From Paraspadella gotoi (Eukaryota > Animalia > Chaetognatha), in contig CM119269.1 of assembly GCA_051294375.1 (NCBI GenBank), positions 372,001-436,000 on the forward strand: a stretch of DNA of 64,000 nucleotides. The letters are read 5' to 3'. The notes under the pieces were generated by a model that made no database searches, was not told where the DNA came from, and was given only the letters and a program-made list of their open reading frames with translations. Within the stretch, counting starts at the first letter, position 1. Each line of letters opens with the position of its first letter. Positions 1 through 12,710 of the stretch are shown here, one piece after another. The position numbers and the translations under genes were made by a program.

Positions 1-615
1 TGGGAAGAGATCTTCGCCGTGCGGAGCCAAGGGCGGTGCCCGACTGGCGGTGCCCGACTGGCGGTGCCCGACTGGCGACTGGGGCTGGAACCGCGGCAGA
101 AAACTCACTCCTTTATTATTTTTGCTTATTTCCCTTGTGGGCCTTTAAGGAGAAATCGGTCCGTGGTTAAGAGGCAAATACAATTATGCATGTATATTGT
201 ATAATATATTGGATTAAATGATGTTTTAATTGTAAATCTACCGAAAAATAATATAATATATTCATTATGAACGAGCTAAGCAATAAAGAGTTCAAGTAAC
301 AAATTTGTAAACTATTTAACTTCGCTCGCTCGGCAAAGTAAGGTTAGGTTTAGAGTAAAACGAAGTTCAATGATAAACCAATGGCTTAAGACACGATTTA
401 CAACAAACAGAAATTGGGCGCTTTTTTAAAAGAGAGCCGAAAATCGTTTAGGTTATTTCATTTAAACAAAATTTTGATTCGTTTCCTTTTATTACATAAT
501 TAGGCCAATATGGTTTGTTCAAATGTGATAGACTAACATATTCATTATGTACAAACTGTCTGATGCCCGCTTCATGTTTCTCCGCTATAAACTGCGGGCC
601 CGTCCAATTGAAGGA

Positions 616-655
<40 letters not shown>

Positions 656-749
656 GTCTCTCTCTCTCTCTCTCGTCTCTCTCGTCCTCTGCTCTTAACG
701 TTTATTCCAATTCTGTCGCGTTTCTCGCTGCTGGATCCCGCGCAAACAT

Positions 750-801
<52 letters not shown>

Positions 802-1289
802 CAAAATTGTCGGCTTTTGTGTTCAAAACATTCGACGAGCGAAGGAACATCGACGCAGCAGCAACCATCGCAGCGGCAGTTTCCGCCGCTGAAGCAACTT
901 TTTGCCGCAGCCCAAATTGCCACAGCCACCTTGTGAATAGATCACAATTAGTTTAAGATTTTGCATTGTGATATTGTATACAAAATAGGTTAATACCTCA
1001 ATGAATATGAAATGAGATTGAGTTTTTTAGTATGATTTACCTATTGCAGTATTTGGGATTTCCAATAGTAAAGACATGAAGTCCTGAAAAATATAAAATA
1101 AATTAAAAAAAACAAAATATTGTTCTTTATTGGATTAGATTACATATTACAATTAATCTATTAAACTTAAAATTATGTAAGAAAATTGTGTTTGTGATGA
1201 TTAAAAAATCACGGACTTCAGCTAATCTGATTGGGTCCTCGGAAGTTAGTCGTTTATAATAAATATCGTTACTATCGTTAATAACGTTT

Positions 1290-1487
1290 TGTGGTGGACT
1301 AAAATCCACCAACCGTTCATCAGCGGCCATTGGTGCCGGGGGCAAGTCATTCGCCTCCCAACCCAAAGGGAGGAACGGGGCGCTTAACCCGCCTGTAACA
1401 TGGTGTTACAGCCTGATCCGAAGCTCAGGGACTGCTTATATTGAACTGTTCTGTCACTAATTCATAACAATAATTACTGTCTCTTCA
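1290..1487 (+). mobile_element. Copy 1 of a 234-bp LTR-like element with internal tRNA-derived region (T-arm segment deleted in this copy)
   Basis: TGTGGTGG...CTCTTCA termini; GTTT at 1286-1289 and 1488-1491 (4-bp TSD); near-identical to 24983-25217, 57934-58167 and 60565-60798. Confidence 0.85.
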
Positions 1488-1770
1488 GTTTTTGTTATTA
1501 ATAAAAAAATAATAAAAAAAAACAGTCGTGTCCCCTTCTTTTTGTCACATCGGCATCTTATTATACTTAACATATGATTAATTGTGATAAGAGAAAGGAG
1601 GCCGAAATAAAAATCATGGAAAATAAAAAATTAATCTTCAAATATTTTCACTATAATAATTATTGCTGATCATGATATGTTACGTCTTTCTCATCTTAGT
1701 AGAGCCAAAAAAATTATGTGTGAAACATTTCCAACGAAAGGTTAGAATTCTCGCGGTTCTCGTAACGGCT

Positions 1771-1810
<40 letters not shown>

Positions 1811-1811
1811 A

Positions 1812-1847
<36 letters not shown>

Positions 1848-2344
1848 CCTACCCCTTTACCCTCCGCGCGTCCAGGGCGGAAAAAGAAAAGCAAAAACTC
1901 GGATGACAAATTGACGTCATAAATTGCGACATGGGTTTTGCCCGACGACAACGACGACGACGACGATGACGACGACGACGACGATGAAAAAGAAGACGAC
2001 GACGACGACGACGATGTTCACCGACGATGTGGACGAATGAAAATTGGAAGGGGAAATTGGGAGGGAGGAAAGGAGGAAAGGAGAAAAGGAGGAAAAGAGA
2101 AAAGATAGGAAAGGAGAAAAGGTAGGAAAGGAGCAAGAAAAGGAAAGTTAGAGTGAGAGTAAGAGGGAGCAGAGGAAAGGAGAAAGAGCAAAAAAGAAAT
2201 GTTGCCATAAAGAATTTTTAAAAAGATCACATTATAAAATATTTAATAAATATAATAAATATTTGGAAAGAAATTGTTTTTCTTTTAAAAACGATTAAAA
2301 ATGTATGTCGTAAACCTTTTTTTTTGTTAATCGGTCTGTCTTTA

Positions 2345-2548
2345 TATCTGTCACCATCTCTATCTCTCTATCTCTATCTATCTCTCACTGAATTCTATCT
2401 TTATATCTCTGTCTCTCTATCTCTATCTATCTCTCACTGAATTCTATCTTTATATCTCTGTCTCTCTATCTCTATCTATCTCTCACTGAGTTCTATCTTT
2501 ATATCTCTGTCTCTCTATCTCTATCTATCTCTCACTGAGTTCTATCAT
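2345..2548. repeat. 49-bp CT-rich minisatellite, about 4 units
   Basis: CACTGA(A/G)TTCTATC recurs every 49 nt from 2386. Confidence 0.9.
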
Positions 2549-2574
2549 TATCTTTCTTTTCTCACACTTTATCT

Positions 2575-2922
2575 ATACATCAACGCTTACACCAACAGCG
2601 GAAGAAATGAAAAGAATGTGACAACAAGAATTGCGTCTTTCCAGAGGAGACGGTGAGAATTTGAAAGAGAGAGACCAGTCAAAGGGGAACGATAGATAGA
2701 CAAAGAGATTAGTCTATCAGTTGGTTTAATGGCTAAATTCAATTAATATGCTAAACTCAATTACAGGAATCGCTCGTAGATTCTGACGAATATTCAGGAG
2801 GGGATTCGTACAAAGATACGTACAGTGATCCGTACTAGGACGACGACGACGACGACCACGAACCGCATCCAAAACATCTTTGCGAAAGATGCTGCACTGG
2901 AAAGCCTTGCCACTTGGACTGA
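2575..2922 (+). pseudogene. Decayed 3CxxC-type zinc-finger gene (ZCCHC24/ZAR1/RTP-like C-terminal domain), two exons
   Basis: Exon ~2575-2652 reads INAYTNSG/KK*KECDNKNCVFPEET then GT; exon 2767-2922 reads ESL...DPY*DDDDDDHEPHPKHLCERCCTGKPC, resembling the HPQHLCEKC end of zf-3CxxC; one frameshift and two stops. Confidence 0.55.
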
Positions 2923-3565
2923 GAAGATCAAAACTACGATCCCGCTGAAAGTATTTTTTTGTTTACTTTTTATCAAATTAATTTATTTTTTTTATTTCAT
3001 AATTGATAAAAAGAATCAGGCGAGATGCAAGAAATAATTCTTTGATTCTCTGACCTCAGAAAATTAAAAGTACGTAGATCACTAAAATACGCGATTATAA
3101 TTTTGAATTCATATATATTGTGAATCGAAAAATCATTGGCAACGTTAATAAAACACGCTAAAATTATAGTAAAGCTTGAAACAACTTTTATGAAAATACA
3201 TAGATTCTATGTAGAAATCCAATTTTTTCTAAACGAAAAATAATTAAACTTGAAAAAAAAAAATTTTATTTCAAGAAAAAACAAAAAAGTTTTGTAAGAG
3301 ACGATTATTGTAAAATCACAAAGAAAACAACAACTTGAGTTTCGAAATCGAAATTTCATTTTTTTAAGATGCAGAGCGGATCCTAAACACCTGGACGCGC
3401 TGCCAACTCCCCCGCACAACGCTCTCAGCTCACTCTCAAATCTCTGCAGAGAATGATGTCTCCACCTTCAACACGCAACTGCCTTCGTTTCCACAATTGC
3501 TTCTGCTAGCGCAGCCGCTCCACTCGCCTCCGCATCCGTCCATGCTCCTGCCGACGTGCAGCTCT

Positions 3566-6102
3566 TCAATTACTCCCGCTGATATGCAGCACACAGTCTC
3601 GTACGTCCGCTGAGAGGCGACGAGAGGACCTTCCGTGAGCGGGACCGAAGGCTCGTGTACCGGGGCAGTTGCGGGGTGACATTGACGACCGGTTCGATAT
3701 ATTTTGCCCTGGAGGGCACGAGAACGGGCCAGTGGGCCGTGGATGGCCGTCGGTTGGGAGAGACAGTAGCCGTGAGGGGCGGAGGGTGGAAGGACCAGAG
3801 GGGCCGCCGAGATGAGAGACTCGAAGGTAAATTCTCTTGGAGGTTTTGAAGTAACGGAGGGCTCTTGAAGGAGTTTTGGAGGAGGAGGAGGAGGAGGAAA
3901 CGTCTCTGTCGACGACGACAGCGAATTTAGCGGCGAACTTTAAAAGTTTCTCTTCTTCTTCGGAGTCGGAGAAAGTGGAAGAGCGACTCGAGGGTCGAGA
4001 TGTAGAGTTGGAGGAGGAGCGGCCAGAGGACGAGTCAGTGGACGAGCCGCTCGATGATTGAGACGTCTTACGACGCCAGGACATCCTCGATCTCCTTGCT
4101 TCTTCTTCCCTCGCTTTCTTTTCCTCCCTCTCTCTCTTCTTCTCTCTTTCCTCCCTCGCCTTCTTCATCTCTTCCTCCACATCTTCCACTTTCTCAATCA
4201 ACTTCACCGTCAAACCGACTTCCTCGTCCCCGAAGGAGATCGACCCCTGGCGGTGAAGATCGATTGCGAGCTCGTCGTCGGCAAAGTGGATTAATGCCAT
4301 GCCAGCGTGGCATGCTTCGCAGCAAACGCGTAGCGGGTCGCGCAGCAGACGGGCATCGAGGACCTCGCCGAAGAAGCCGAAGAGATTGTATACTTGATAG
4401 AGGTCGTAAAAGTTTGGGATGCCGGTTATGAGGAGGCGAGCGTCGACGAGCCGCTTGGCCTCGCGATTAACCGGGCTTGAGAATGTGGCCTTCAGCCATC
4501 GACCGCCGAGGAGGAAGTGGCGAGTGTCGACGAGCCGCTGGGCGTCGTCGGCGGAGGCGAAATCGACGATGGCGAAGCCGCGTTGGGATTCGAAGCGAAG
4601 CCTTTCTATGCGCCCGCCTTCTTTTTCCATCAGATCCCGGAAGGCGCCTTCGGGAATGTCGGCGGAAACGGAACCGACGAAGACTTTTCGCGGGCGGAAG
4701 TGATCGAGTTGCTGGTCGCTCGGGGAAGGGCCAAGCGAATGGTCACGGTCTGCCCTGTTCATTGGGGAAGAGGAAAGAAAGACATAGTTACTAGTTATAG
4801 TTATAGTTACTAGTTATTAGTTAGTTTGAGGGAATGTACCTATTATGGTAACAATTATTACTGTTTCTTCAATATATTATAGTAATTGATTAAAACTTTC
4901 GTAAAACGAAAAGTGGAGAGGGTGAATGAGTGAGTTAACAGTAAGTAATGAAGTAAGAATGAATGAGTGAATTCGTGAGTGCAGGAGTAAACATGGGTTA
5001 GGGTTAGGGTTTTTTTTGTGAGTGAGTGAGTGAGTGAGTATTGGACTGAGTTAGTGAGTGCGAGAGTAAACATGAGAGTGTGTCATTTAATGAGTGAGTG
5101 AGTGAGTGAGTAAGTGAGTTAGGGATTGAACGAGCGAGCGAGCGAGGAAGTGAGTGAGTAAGTGAGTGGTTAAACAAGTGAAAAAGTGCGCTATTCAGTA
5201 AGTAAGTAAGTTAATCAGTACAGTGAGTTATTTATTGAGTCAGGTAGTAAATTACTGAAAGAATTTTAAAGCAGGTGAATTAGTAGACGAGACACTTTAG
5301 TTCGAGGTTTACTGACAAGTGAAAAAATAGTATTTGATAGAAAACGAAACAAGTAAATATATTTTCAAAGTCATGATTCTGGTAGGATTAGATGCAAATG
5401 ATAGCTGAGAATTTATTCGGTCTTTGCATACCAGAAGAAAAAAATTGAAACATAGTAGAAATAATAATTTATCCATGATTTGTACTAATTTTCAATTTTT
5501 TTCTTCTGGTATGCAAAGACTGAATAAATTCTCAGCTATCAAACGAATCAAGAAGTTTTAAGTGAAAGGGTAAATTAATTGGAGTAAATTAATTAGAGTA
5601 GGCCTAATAGTGATTAAGCGTGGTAATGAAAGAGCGAGCGTGAGAGTGAGAGAGAGTGAAAGAGTGAGAGAGAGTGAAAGAGTGAGAGAGAGTGAAAGAG
5701 TGAGAGAGAGTGAAAGAGTGAGAGAGAGTGAAAGAGTGAGAAGTCTCCTGTAAATGCGTTTTTAATAAGAGAAACAATTTGAATCCAAATTAATCGTTAA
5801 AATATTAAAAATTGAAGAGAGGAAATATTTTAAAAAATAAGACTGACCCTGATCCGATGCGGTGCGGCCTCCAACGTTCTGTCCACATCCTCCATCGACG
5901 AGAAGACGACGAAGCCGAATTCTCTCGATTCGCCCGTCGCTCGTTCGAGAATCACGGAGGCGGAGGCGACTTGGCCGAACTTGGAGAAGTGGGCGTGAAG
6001 ATCGGAAGAGGTGGCGGAGGGTGGGAGACCGCCGACGAAGATCTTGGGTTGGGTTGTGGGCGGGTCGGAGCGGATGACGATGGAGTTGTACGAGGAAGGC
6101 AT
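3566..6102 (-). CDS. Multi-RRM RNA-binding protein (hnRNP A/Musashi-like RRM1) with Ser/Arg-rich tail; at least 2 exons, junction frame problematic
   Basis: Exon 6102-~5848 has RNP2 KIFVGGL and RNP1 REFGFVVF; exon ~4755-3566 has KVFVGSV...RGFAIVDF and a third degenerate RRM (LLITGI...AGMALIHF). Confidence 0.7.
5400..5540. repeat. Fold-back inverted repeat with 51-bp arms, probable Penelope-type terminal remnant
   Basis: 5400-5450 is the reverse complement of 5490-5540 with one mismatch; AATAAA in the right arm. Confidence 0.7.
5640..5741. repeat. 18-bp tandem repeat (GAGTGAGAGAGAGTGAAA)n
   Basis: About 5 units seen directly. Confidence 0.9.
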
Positions 6103-6432
6103 CGTGAGGTGAGAAGAAAGATTTTTAAAAAAGGTAAGTTTCGAATTGGAAGCGAATTTAGTTCGATTGGAACTTTATTAACTTCAAAATCGCCGATAAA
6201 AATAAAGTTCGTTGAAAATAAGAAAAAGATGAAATTCAAAGTGAAATTCGTGTTTTTGTCGTTGTTCTTGTTGTCGTTGTTGTTATGATGAATGTTTTTT
6301 TATGAGAGAAAATCGGGCAGCGATATTTCTTTTTTTTTTTCCGAGTGAGAATTTGTAAATTCGTGATTTTATGGTGATTGAAATCATGAGGCGACTTTTT
6401 TTATATACCCACGGATAGAATGCAGGATGCGG

Positions 6433-6474
<42 letters not shown>

Positions 6475-6534
6475 CGTGAGGTGGCTTCACTTACCTCTTT
6501 CTTCTCACGTGACCGATTTCGTTGCATTGTCTTT

Positions 6535-7656
6535 NNNNNNNNNNNNNNNNNNNNNNNNNNNNNNNNNNNNNNNNNNNNNNNNNNNNNNNNNNNNNNNNNN
6601 NNNNNNNNNNNNNNNNNNNNNNNNNNNNNNNNNNNNNNNNNNNNNNNNNNNNNNNNNNNNNNNNNNNNNNNNNNNNNNNNNNNNNNNNNNNNNNNNNNNN
6701 NNNNNNNNNNNNNNNNNNNNNNNNNNNNNNNNNNNNNNNNNNNNNNNNNNNNNNNNNNNNNNNNNNNNNNNNNNNNNNNNNNNNNNNNNNNNNNNNNNNC
6801 ACCTGGTTTTCTTGAAAAAGACAATGAAAGACAAGAGGGAAAAAAAAGAAGCCAGTGTCAGACGCGGGATTCGGCATCAAAATCGAACAATGAAATTCAT
6901 CCACATTGTTTGGCTGTTTGGAAATCCGTACGATAGCAAGAAACGAAATGTTTTCTATGTTGAATTATTAAATTAAATTTATTTAATTTTTTATTTAATT
7001 ATGAGGAAAAAAATGAGAATTTGGGAAAAGAATTAGAAATGGGCACTAGGNNNNNNNNNNNNNNNNNNNNNNNNNNNNNNNNNNNNNNNNNNNNNNNNNN
7101 NNNNNNNNNNNNNNNNNNNNNNNNNNNNNNNNNNNNNNNNNNNNNNNNNNNNNNNNNNNNNNNNNNNNNNNNNNNNNNNNNNNNNNNNNNNNNNNNNNNN
7201 NNNNNNNNNNNNNNNNNNNNNNNNNNNNNNNNNNNNNNNNNNNNNNNNNNNNNNNNNNNNNNNNNNNNNAAATTGGAACAACCAATATAAAAATTGCCAT
7301 TCACTTAATACACGAGTTTGGACGGGCTATTTATTATTTACAATCAGAACTGTATAAGAAAATTAGTCTAGCGATTTGAATTTCCTAAAGGAATTTTTAT
7401 TTAATTTCCCGATTTATTTAAAACACTTGATTCTTATTAAACTGACATTCACGATTAAACATATTTNNNNNNNNNNNNNNNNNNNNNNNNNNNNNNNNNN
7501 NNNNNNNNNNNNNNNNNNNNNNNNNNNNNNNNNNNNNNNNNNNNNNNNNNNNNNNNNNNNNNNNNNNNNNNNNNNNNNNNNNNNNNNNNNNNNNNNNNNN
7601 NNNNNNNNNNNNNNNNNNNNNNNNNNNNNNNNNNNNNNNNNNNNNNNNNNNNNNNG
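6535..7656. other. Three assembly gaps (N-runs) with short islands between them
   Basis: N at 6535-6799, 7051-7268 and 7467-7656; a further short gap at 40092-40101. Confidence 1.
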
Positions 7657-7744
7657 GTACATCACGTGACAGCTTTTGAAATCTCGCATCAGTGATTTTT
7701 AAGTGAACTACGATCTGACGCCCAAAAGTGTTGCGCTGCGGGTA

Positions 7745-8800
7745 TTATATATGAAATTGGTACAACCAATATAACAATTATCCATTCATTTAATAAATAA
7801 GCTACCTTGTCCCTGACTTTGGACAGTCTTTGGTGGTTTAAGGCCTCCATCACTCTTACAAGATAATGACATAGCATGCTAGAGATTGCACATTTCCTTA
7901 CGGACTTGGGAACACGATTGAGCATCCTTCATATTAATTTCTCTATTGTTGACTCATCAATAACCGTAACGCCATTAGCAATATTAATTGAAGTTAGTTG
8001 TAATTTAGGACAATCGAAATAGCAATCAGAGGAGATATGGAAGAGCTGTGGAAGCTCAAAAGCTACAAAAAATAACCATTTATTAATACTAATTCCACTA
8101 TTCAATAATTTCAGTAAATCAATCAATTACCTTATGGTCCCAGGGCAATCTCTTCAAAAAATAAAAGTTGCCCTTTCTTTTATACAAAGACTAAATTTAA
8201 TGGACCAATGAGAAGAGAGATCTTCTTTAAATTTATTGAGAATCCAATCATTAACTACTATTGGTAGAATTTGTCCAATGAGAGTAAAGATAATATAAAA
8301 TCATTAAAGTTGAGACTAAAACCAATTGACGTGATTCAGATACGTATTCACGAAGAGAATTTGTTTAATTTAAAATCATTTCTAACATAGCAGGTCCCTG
8401 CAAGCTTTCAATCAAAACTCTCTCACAGTCCTCGTTTATTCACTCCCATTATTAGATAATTATATTATCAGAACAATATCACGTGCTTGAAAGAAAGAAA
8501 GATATTTTTAACAAAATTTATTTGTCGAAAAACACTGTTCTAAATGAATAAAAATTCCCTTCTTCACTATTTAATTAATCATCCTGTGTGACATTAGATC
8601 TAGTCTTGTTTGATGTAAGAATTCGAAATAAACACATAAAAAAATCATAATCATGTATTTGCTTAAAACCTAACCTATTAGAAAACTAGGACTGATTTAA
8701 TCTAACCTGTGTTGTATGAGATGCTCCCTCTATTTCCAGAAGACAACACTGACTTCCCCTTCCAAAAATGATTATTAGATTTAATGATAAGTAAAATATT
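7745..8800 (-). mobile_element. Degenerate non-LTR retrotransposon (LINE-like) 3' region, source of a dispersed ~50-bp tail repeat
   Basis: Fragmented minus-strand reading frames with a CxxC..H..C-like remnant near 8020-8080; the end GAAATTGGTACAACCAATATAA...AATAAATAAGC recurs at ~7270, 16776, 18545, 33050, 37753, 43345, 49620-49750 and 52868. Confidence 0.5.
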
Positions 8801-9098
8801 TTTAAGATATTATATTTAAAGAATGTAGATTTAAAAAAAAATTTCTTCATAAATATATAAAATAGAAAATAGTGAAACAAATAATTTGAAAATTTTCATA
8901 GAAGTAATAATCCAATAAGAAGCCTTCTTGTACTGATGTTTCATGCTTTTATAGTCACGTGAAAGTCACGGCGGTTCTCGTTTTATCACCCCAGTTATAC
9001 GACAGTTATACTACATATTTAATTTCATGAAGATTAGATTAATTATTTTTATATTTAATCATAATAGTTTTCTCTTCAAAGATGAAATTATATTATAG

Positions 9099-9873
9099 TA
9101 GGGGCGTCTAGCGTTAAGCGTCCGAGATTAAGATTAGCGAATAAAAAAGTCGTTATTTTACTCACTGAATAAAAATACTTAAAATACTTACAAAATACAT
9201 AAAATTGATAAAATTATTATTGTGATAACATTGTTCAATCACATGCAACACATCCAGTGCCTTTTTTTCATTGAAATTGACAGATATCAACTATAAATAT
9301 CAGAATTAATTTTTCTTTTTGATACAACAAGAGAACTGAACCTCCGTCATTTGATGTCGTCATGTTACTAGTAAATATGCGTTTGAGGATTCCAAATACG
9401 TTTTTAAAATTGACCTACGTAGACGCGCATAGACGCGATATGCCTTGAAAGCAACTTGTTCCATTATTTCCTTTACATTTTTTCTTCAATTTCTAAGAGT
9501 TTTACGAGATGGGGGATCAGGTATCCGGGAATTTAGGCTTTTTTTTGTGGTCTCCCCACGATTCGAACCACAAGACCGTAATAAATAGTATAAATATGGG
9601 CATATTTGGAAAGCTTGGCGTGTTGGGAAGCTGTTGCCGGTGGAGCGCGAGAAAAATTTGGTCATCTTGATATAAAAAAAGGGACCTAAAGTGGAATGGT
9701 TGGCCTGGCAGAAAAAAATTATCACAATTTTTTTATTTCCATATCACAATGCTATCACAAAACAACTTTAATGCATCATGTGAGGCATCATATGAAAGCT
9801 AACGATGTCTGCCACATGTCAGCACGTGAAAAAAATTTTTTTTAGAAAAATAAAAAATCACCAGACTACCCTA
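9099..9873. mobile_element. Non-autonomous DNA transposon (MITE) with TAGGG termini, hAT- or P-like
   Basis: TAGGGGCGTCTAG ... CCAGACTACCCTA imperfect TIRs; ATTATAG duplicated on both flanks. Confidence 0.7.
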
Positions 9874-10850
9874 ATTATAGAATCTCAGTTGTTATCTAAA
9901 TAAAAAAACTTAATTAAAAAAAAAACAGTGAGGACTGGAAACAAGTTTGAACAAACAATGTTGGAACTGCTCACAATGATTAAGCGGTAATCAGCTAATC
10001 AGATGATAAATCACGATAATTCTTCCAATTTGTGATACTAATTGATCATAACAGATCGTACCATACCAAACCAGTGGCCGCGCCAAAACATTTAAATCGC
10101 TTGCAAGGGATTAAACTGAACTCGCATCATTTTTTCAATTTGCATCATTTTTACAATTCGCATAATTTTTTCAACTTGCATCATTTTGGCAAATTTCTAG
10201 GAATCCAGCTGACCATGATTTATAGCTGATTTATAGATGTTTTTAACATTTTTATCATAAGCTTTGTCTTTTAAGAAAATATTTCTTTTCGAAACTTTCA
10301 TCTTTCTTTTCTTTTTAAACTAAATTTCTTTTTATTTACAAAAATCCTAACTTATAAGAAAGTATTCACCGTAACAATACAGTATTTTTTTTAAAATATT
10401 TTTATTTTTTCTAGAAACATAAAAGTAACAACAAAAATTCGCTACAACAATACAAATTTTTAAATTCGTTAACAAAAATAATATAACTGTACGAAAATTG
10501 CATAGTACATAACAAAGTAACATTAGTATAAAAAAAAATATCGCATTAAAACATTACATAACAATAAACATTGTCTTGAGAGATCATGGTTGCCATTATA
10601 CATATCAGAAAATAATAAATATCACTATTAAAACCATAGAGAGAGAGAGAGTGTGTATTTTTTTATTATACTTTTGGCAACGTCAATAATGAAAATAAGA
10701 AGAACATTAACAATCTTAAATATCAAAACTACATTCACAGTATATTTTCTCTACATCATCAAATAGAAATTTTCCAATAACATGACAAAAACAAAATTCA
10801 TTTTGTTGTTGTTGTCATCAAAATTCATTTTGTTGTTGTTGTTGTTGTAA

Positions 10851-12710
10851 TCAAACTTGTCCTGTTTTCAAATCAACTTCTCCTCTTTTCTCTTCTTCGC
10901 TCAATTGATGGAACCAAGAATGACTCAAAGCCTCGTCCACCGTGATCCGATTTTGAGGCTCCAATTCCAGGCAGCGAAAAATAAGGTCGACTATGACCGG
11001 AGTGGCACGACCCATCAACTCAGTGAAGATATCCTTCGAGCCAGGCAGGTTGCGACGATCTCCCTTTTTGTTCCAACTCGGGCGAAGGAACCGGTGTCCG
11101 TTAGGGCAGAGTTTGTGCCCGTCGCAACCGCAAGCCTCGCAACCGCAACGGCACGAGCCGTCCGAGTTCTTCGCGGCGCACGAAGCGTTGCGATTTCTTG
11201 CCGCGCATCAACAGGTCACGCTCCATGTGTCCCAGCAATTCGCTAATGACCGCAAATTGGTCCAGGTTGCCGCGGCCGCGCAGCAAAGGCCGTCCGGTCA
11301 ACAGTTCGGCCAAAATGCAACCGAATGACCACATATCCATCGGTTTGCCATATTCGGCGCCGAGAATGACCTCTGATGAGCGGTAGTGTCGAGCCTGGAT
11401 GTAGACGTACGGAGTATGTCCGGAAATGACAGAATCTTGAGTCCGCGGGCCTCGGGCTGAAAGAAGGAGAGAGAGAGAAAATTAGTTTTAAAATATCAAT
11501 ACAAAAATCAGTTTTGAATAAGAGAAATTGTAGTAGATTAATTTGTGGATTATTTCAAATAAGATTGAGTTTCTCAATCTCATTTGCATATTGTCGTATT
11601 CCGATTAGGCTTTGATAAATTTTGATAAATATCTTGAAAATAAGTGAAAAATCTATTAATCAATCATTAGAAAAATCAATTAATCAATTAACTCAACCAA
11701 TCTAAAAACCAATTTTTTTTAACCACTTAAGTGAAGAATGAATCTATCATTCAATCAATCAAACGATTCAATTATATAAATTCAAATAATTCATCATTCA
11801 GCGCTATGTTGTCCGGCTTGAGGTCGCAGTGGACGAATTCGTTGTCATGGAGATGCTTTATCCCCAAAAGCGTCGAAAACGCTATCCTCCATGCGACCAG
11901 TTCCGGAAATCCCTGGAACTCCCCTTCCTCGAGACGGCTTTCGAGACTCTGGCCAAGGAGCTCGAAGACCAGAATTGGATGACCCCGGAAGTCGCGGTGA
12001 TTGTCCAAGAGACGGACGACGTTGCCGACGTCGTTGGGGTCACTTTTGGCCAGAATTTTAAACCGAGTGGCCTCTCTGATGGCCTCAAGGACGCCGTTCT
12101 TCTCTTTACGCAGAACTTTTATTGCGACGCGTTGGGATGTCTTGTGGTCTCAGGCCTCGAAGACTTGGCCGAACGTGCCTTTACCTGGGGATAGAGAGAG
12201 AGTGAGAGGAGGGAAAGAAAAAATACATTTTATGAATAATATTAGTTAAAACGAAGCTTTGAAAAGTAATAAAAAAAATAATTAAATACTTATTTTCATC
12301 AGTGGCTGATGATGACTTAGAAATTAAGTCGAAATATATGGGAAAAAATTTCAATTTTTTTGTTTCTTATGCACTGTCTCTCCATAGTGAAAATAAGTAT
12401 TTAATTAAGCATTCTACTAGTGCATGTGATGACATTAAAGTAATAAAAAATACTTCTTTTACAAAAATATTTAATATTTAATCCATAACCTTATCATATA
12501 ACCCTAATGCCAAATTAAATATTTACAAACATGATATCTATAATAACCTCCTGAATTAACCTAAAACTGCCTTTGAAATTTTTGAATTTGAAAATTAACT
12601 TACCTAAGACTTGGAGTATTTCATATCGGTAAAGGATGTGATCCCCTCGAAGATATTTATAAAATCCTTTGTGGTCATCGAACTCGTCGCTGAGAAAGTC
12701 AACGTTTTTC
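10851..12710 (-). pseudogene. DYRK2/3/4-like kinase, apparently disabled
   Basis: DH-box FDDHKGFY..GDHILYRYEIL, LG/KGTFGQV, VAIK, HCDLKPDN, YIQARHYRSSEVILG, DMWSFGCILAEL, CLELEPQNRITVDEALSHSW; in-frame TGA at 12150-12152, DFG missing, frameshift near 11160, no GT donor after the DNIAL exon. Confidence 0.8.
12306..12340 (+). ncRNA. Minimal hammerhead motif in a short Penelope pLTR remnant of the same family as 15140
   Basis: CTGATGA-T-GACTTA GAAAT TAAGTC-GAAA-TATA; preceded by inverted TCATCAGTGG. Confidence 0.55.

Noticed and set aside
32-78. 14-bp tandem GGCGGTGCCCGACT x3
   Set aside because: At the window edge with no context; cannot assign a function
448-2230. Many overlapping ORFs (RERERE, SLSLSL, poly-S/P/T)
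   Set aside because: Produced by (CT)n, (TCG)n, (GCC)n and GA-rich microsatellites; no domain signal
6384-7689. ORFs full of X
   Set aside because: Artefacts of N-gaps
12150-12152. TGA in DYRK as selenocysteine, readthrough or alternative genetic code
   Set aside because: Other disabling lesions in the same gene; TGA acts as a normal stop in the SLC25 and Kazal genes
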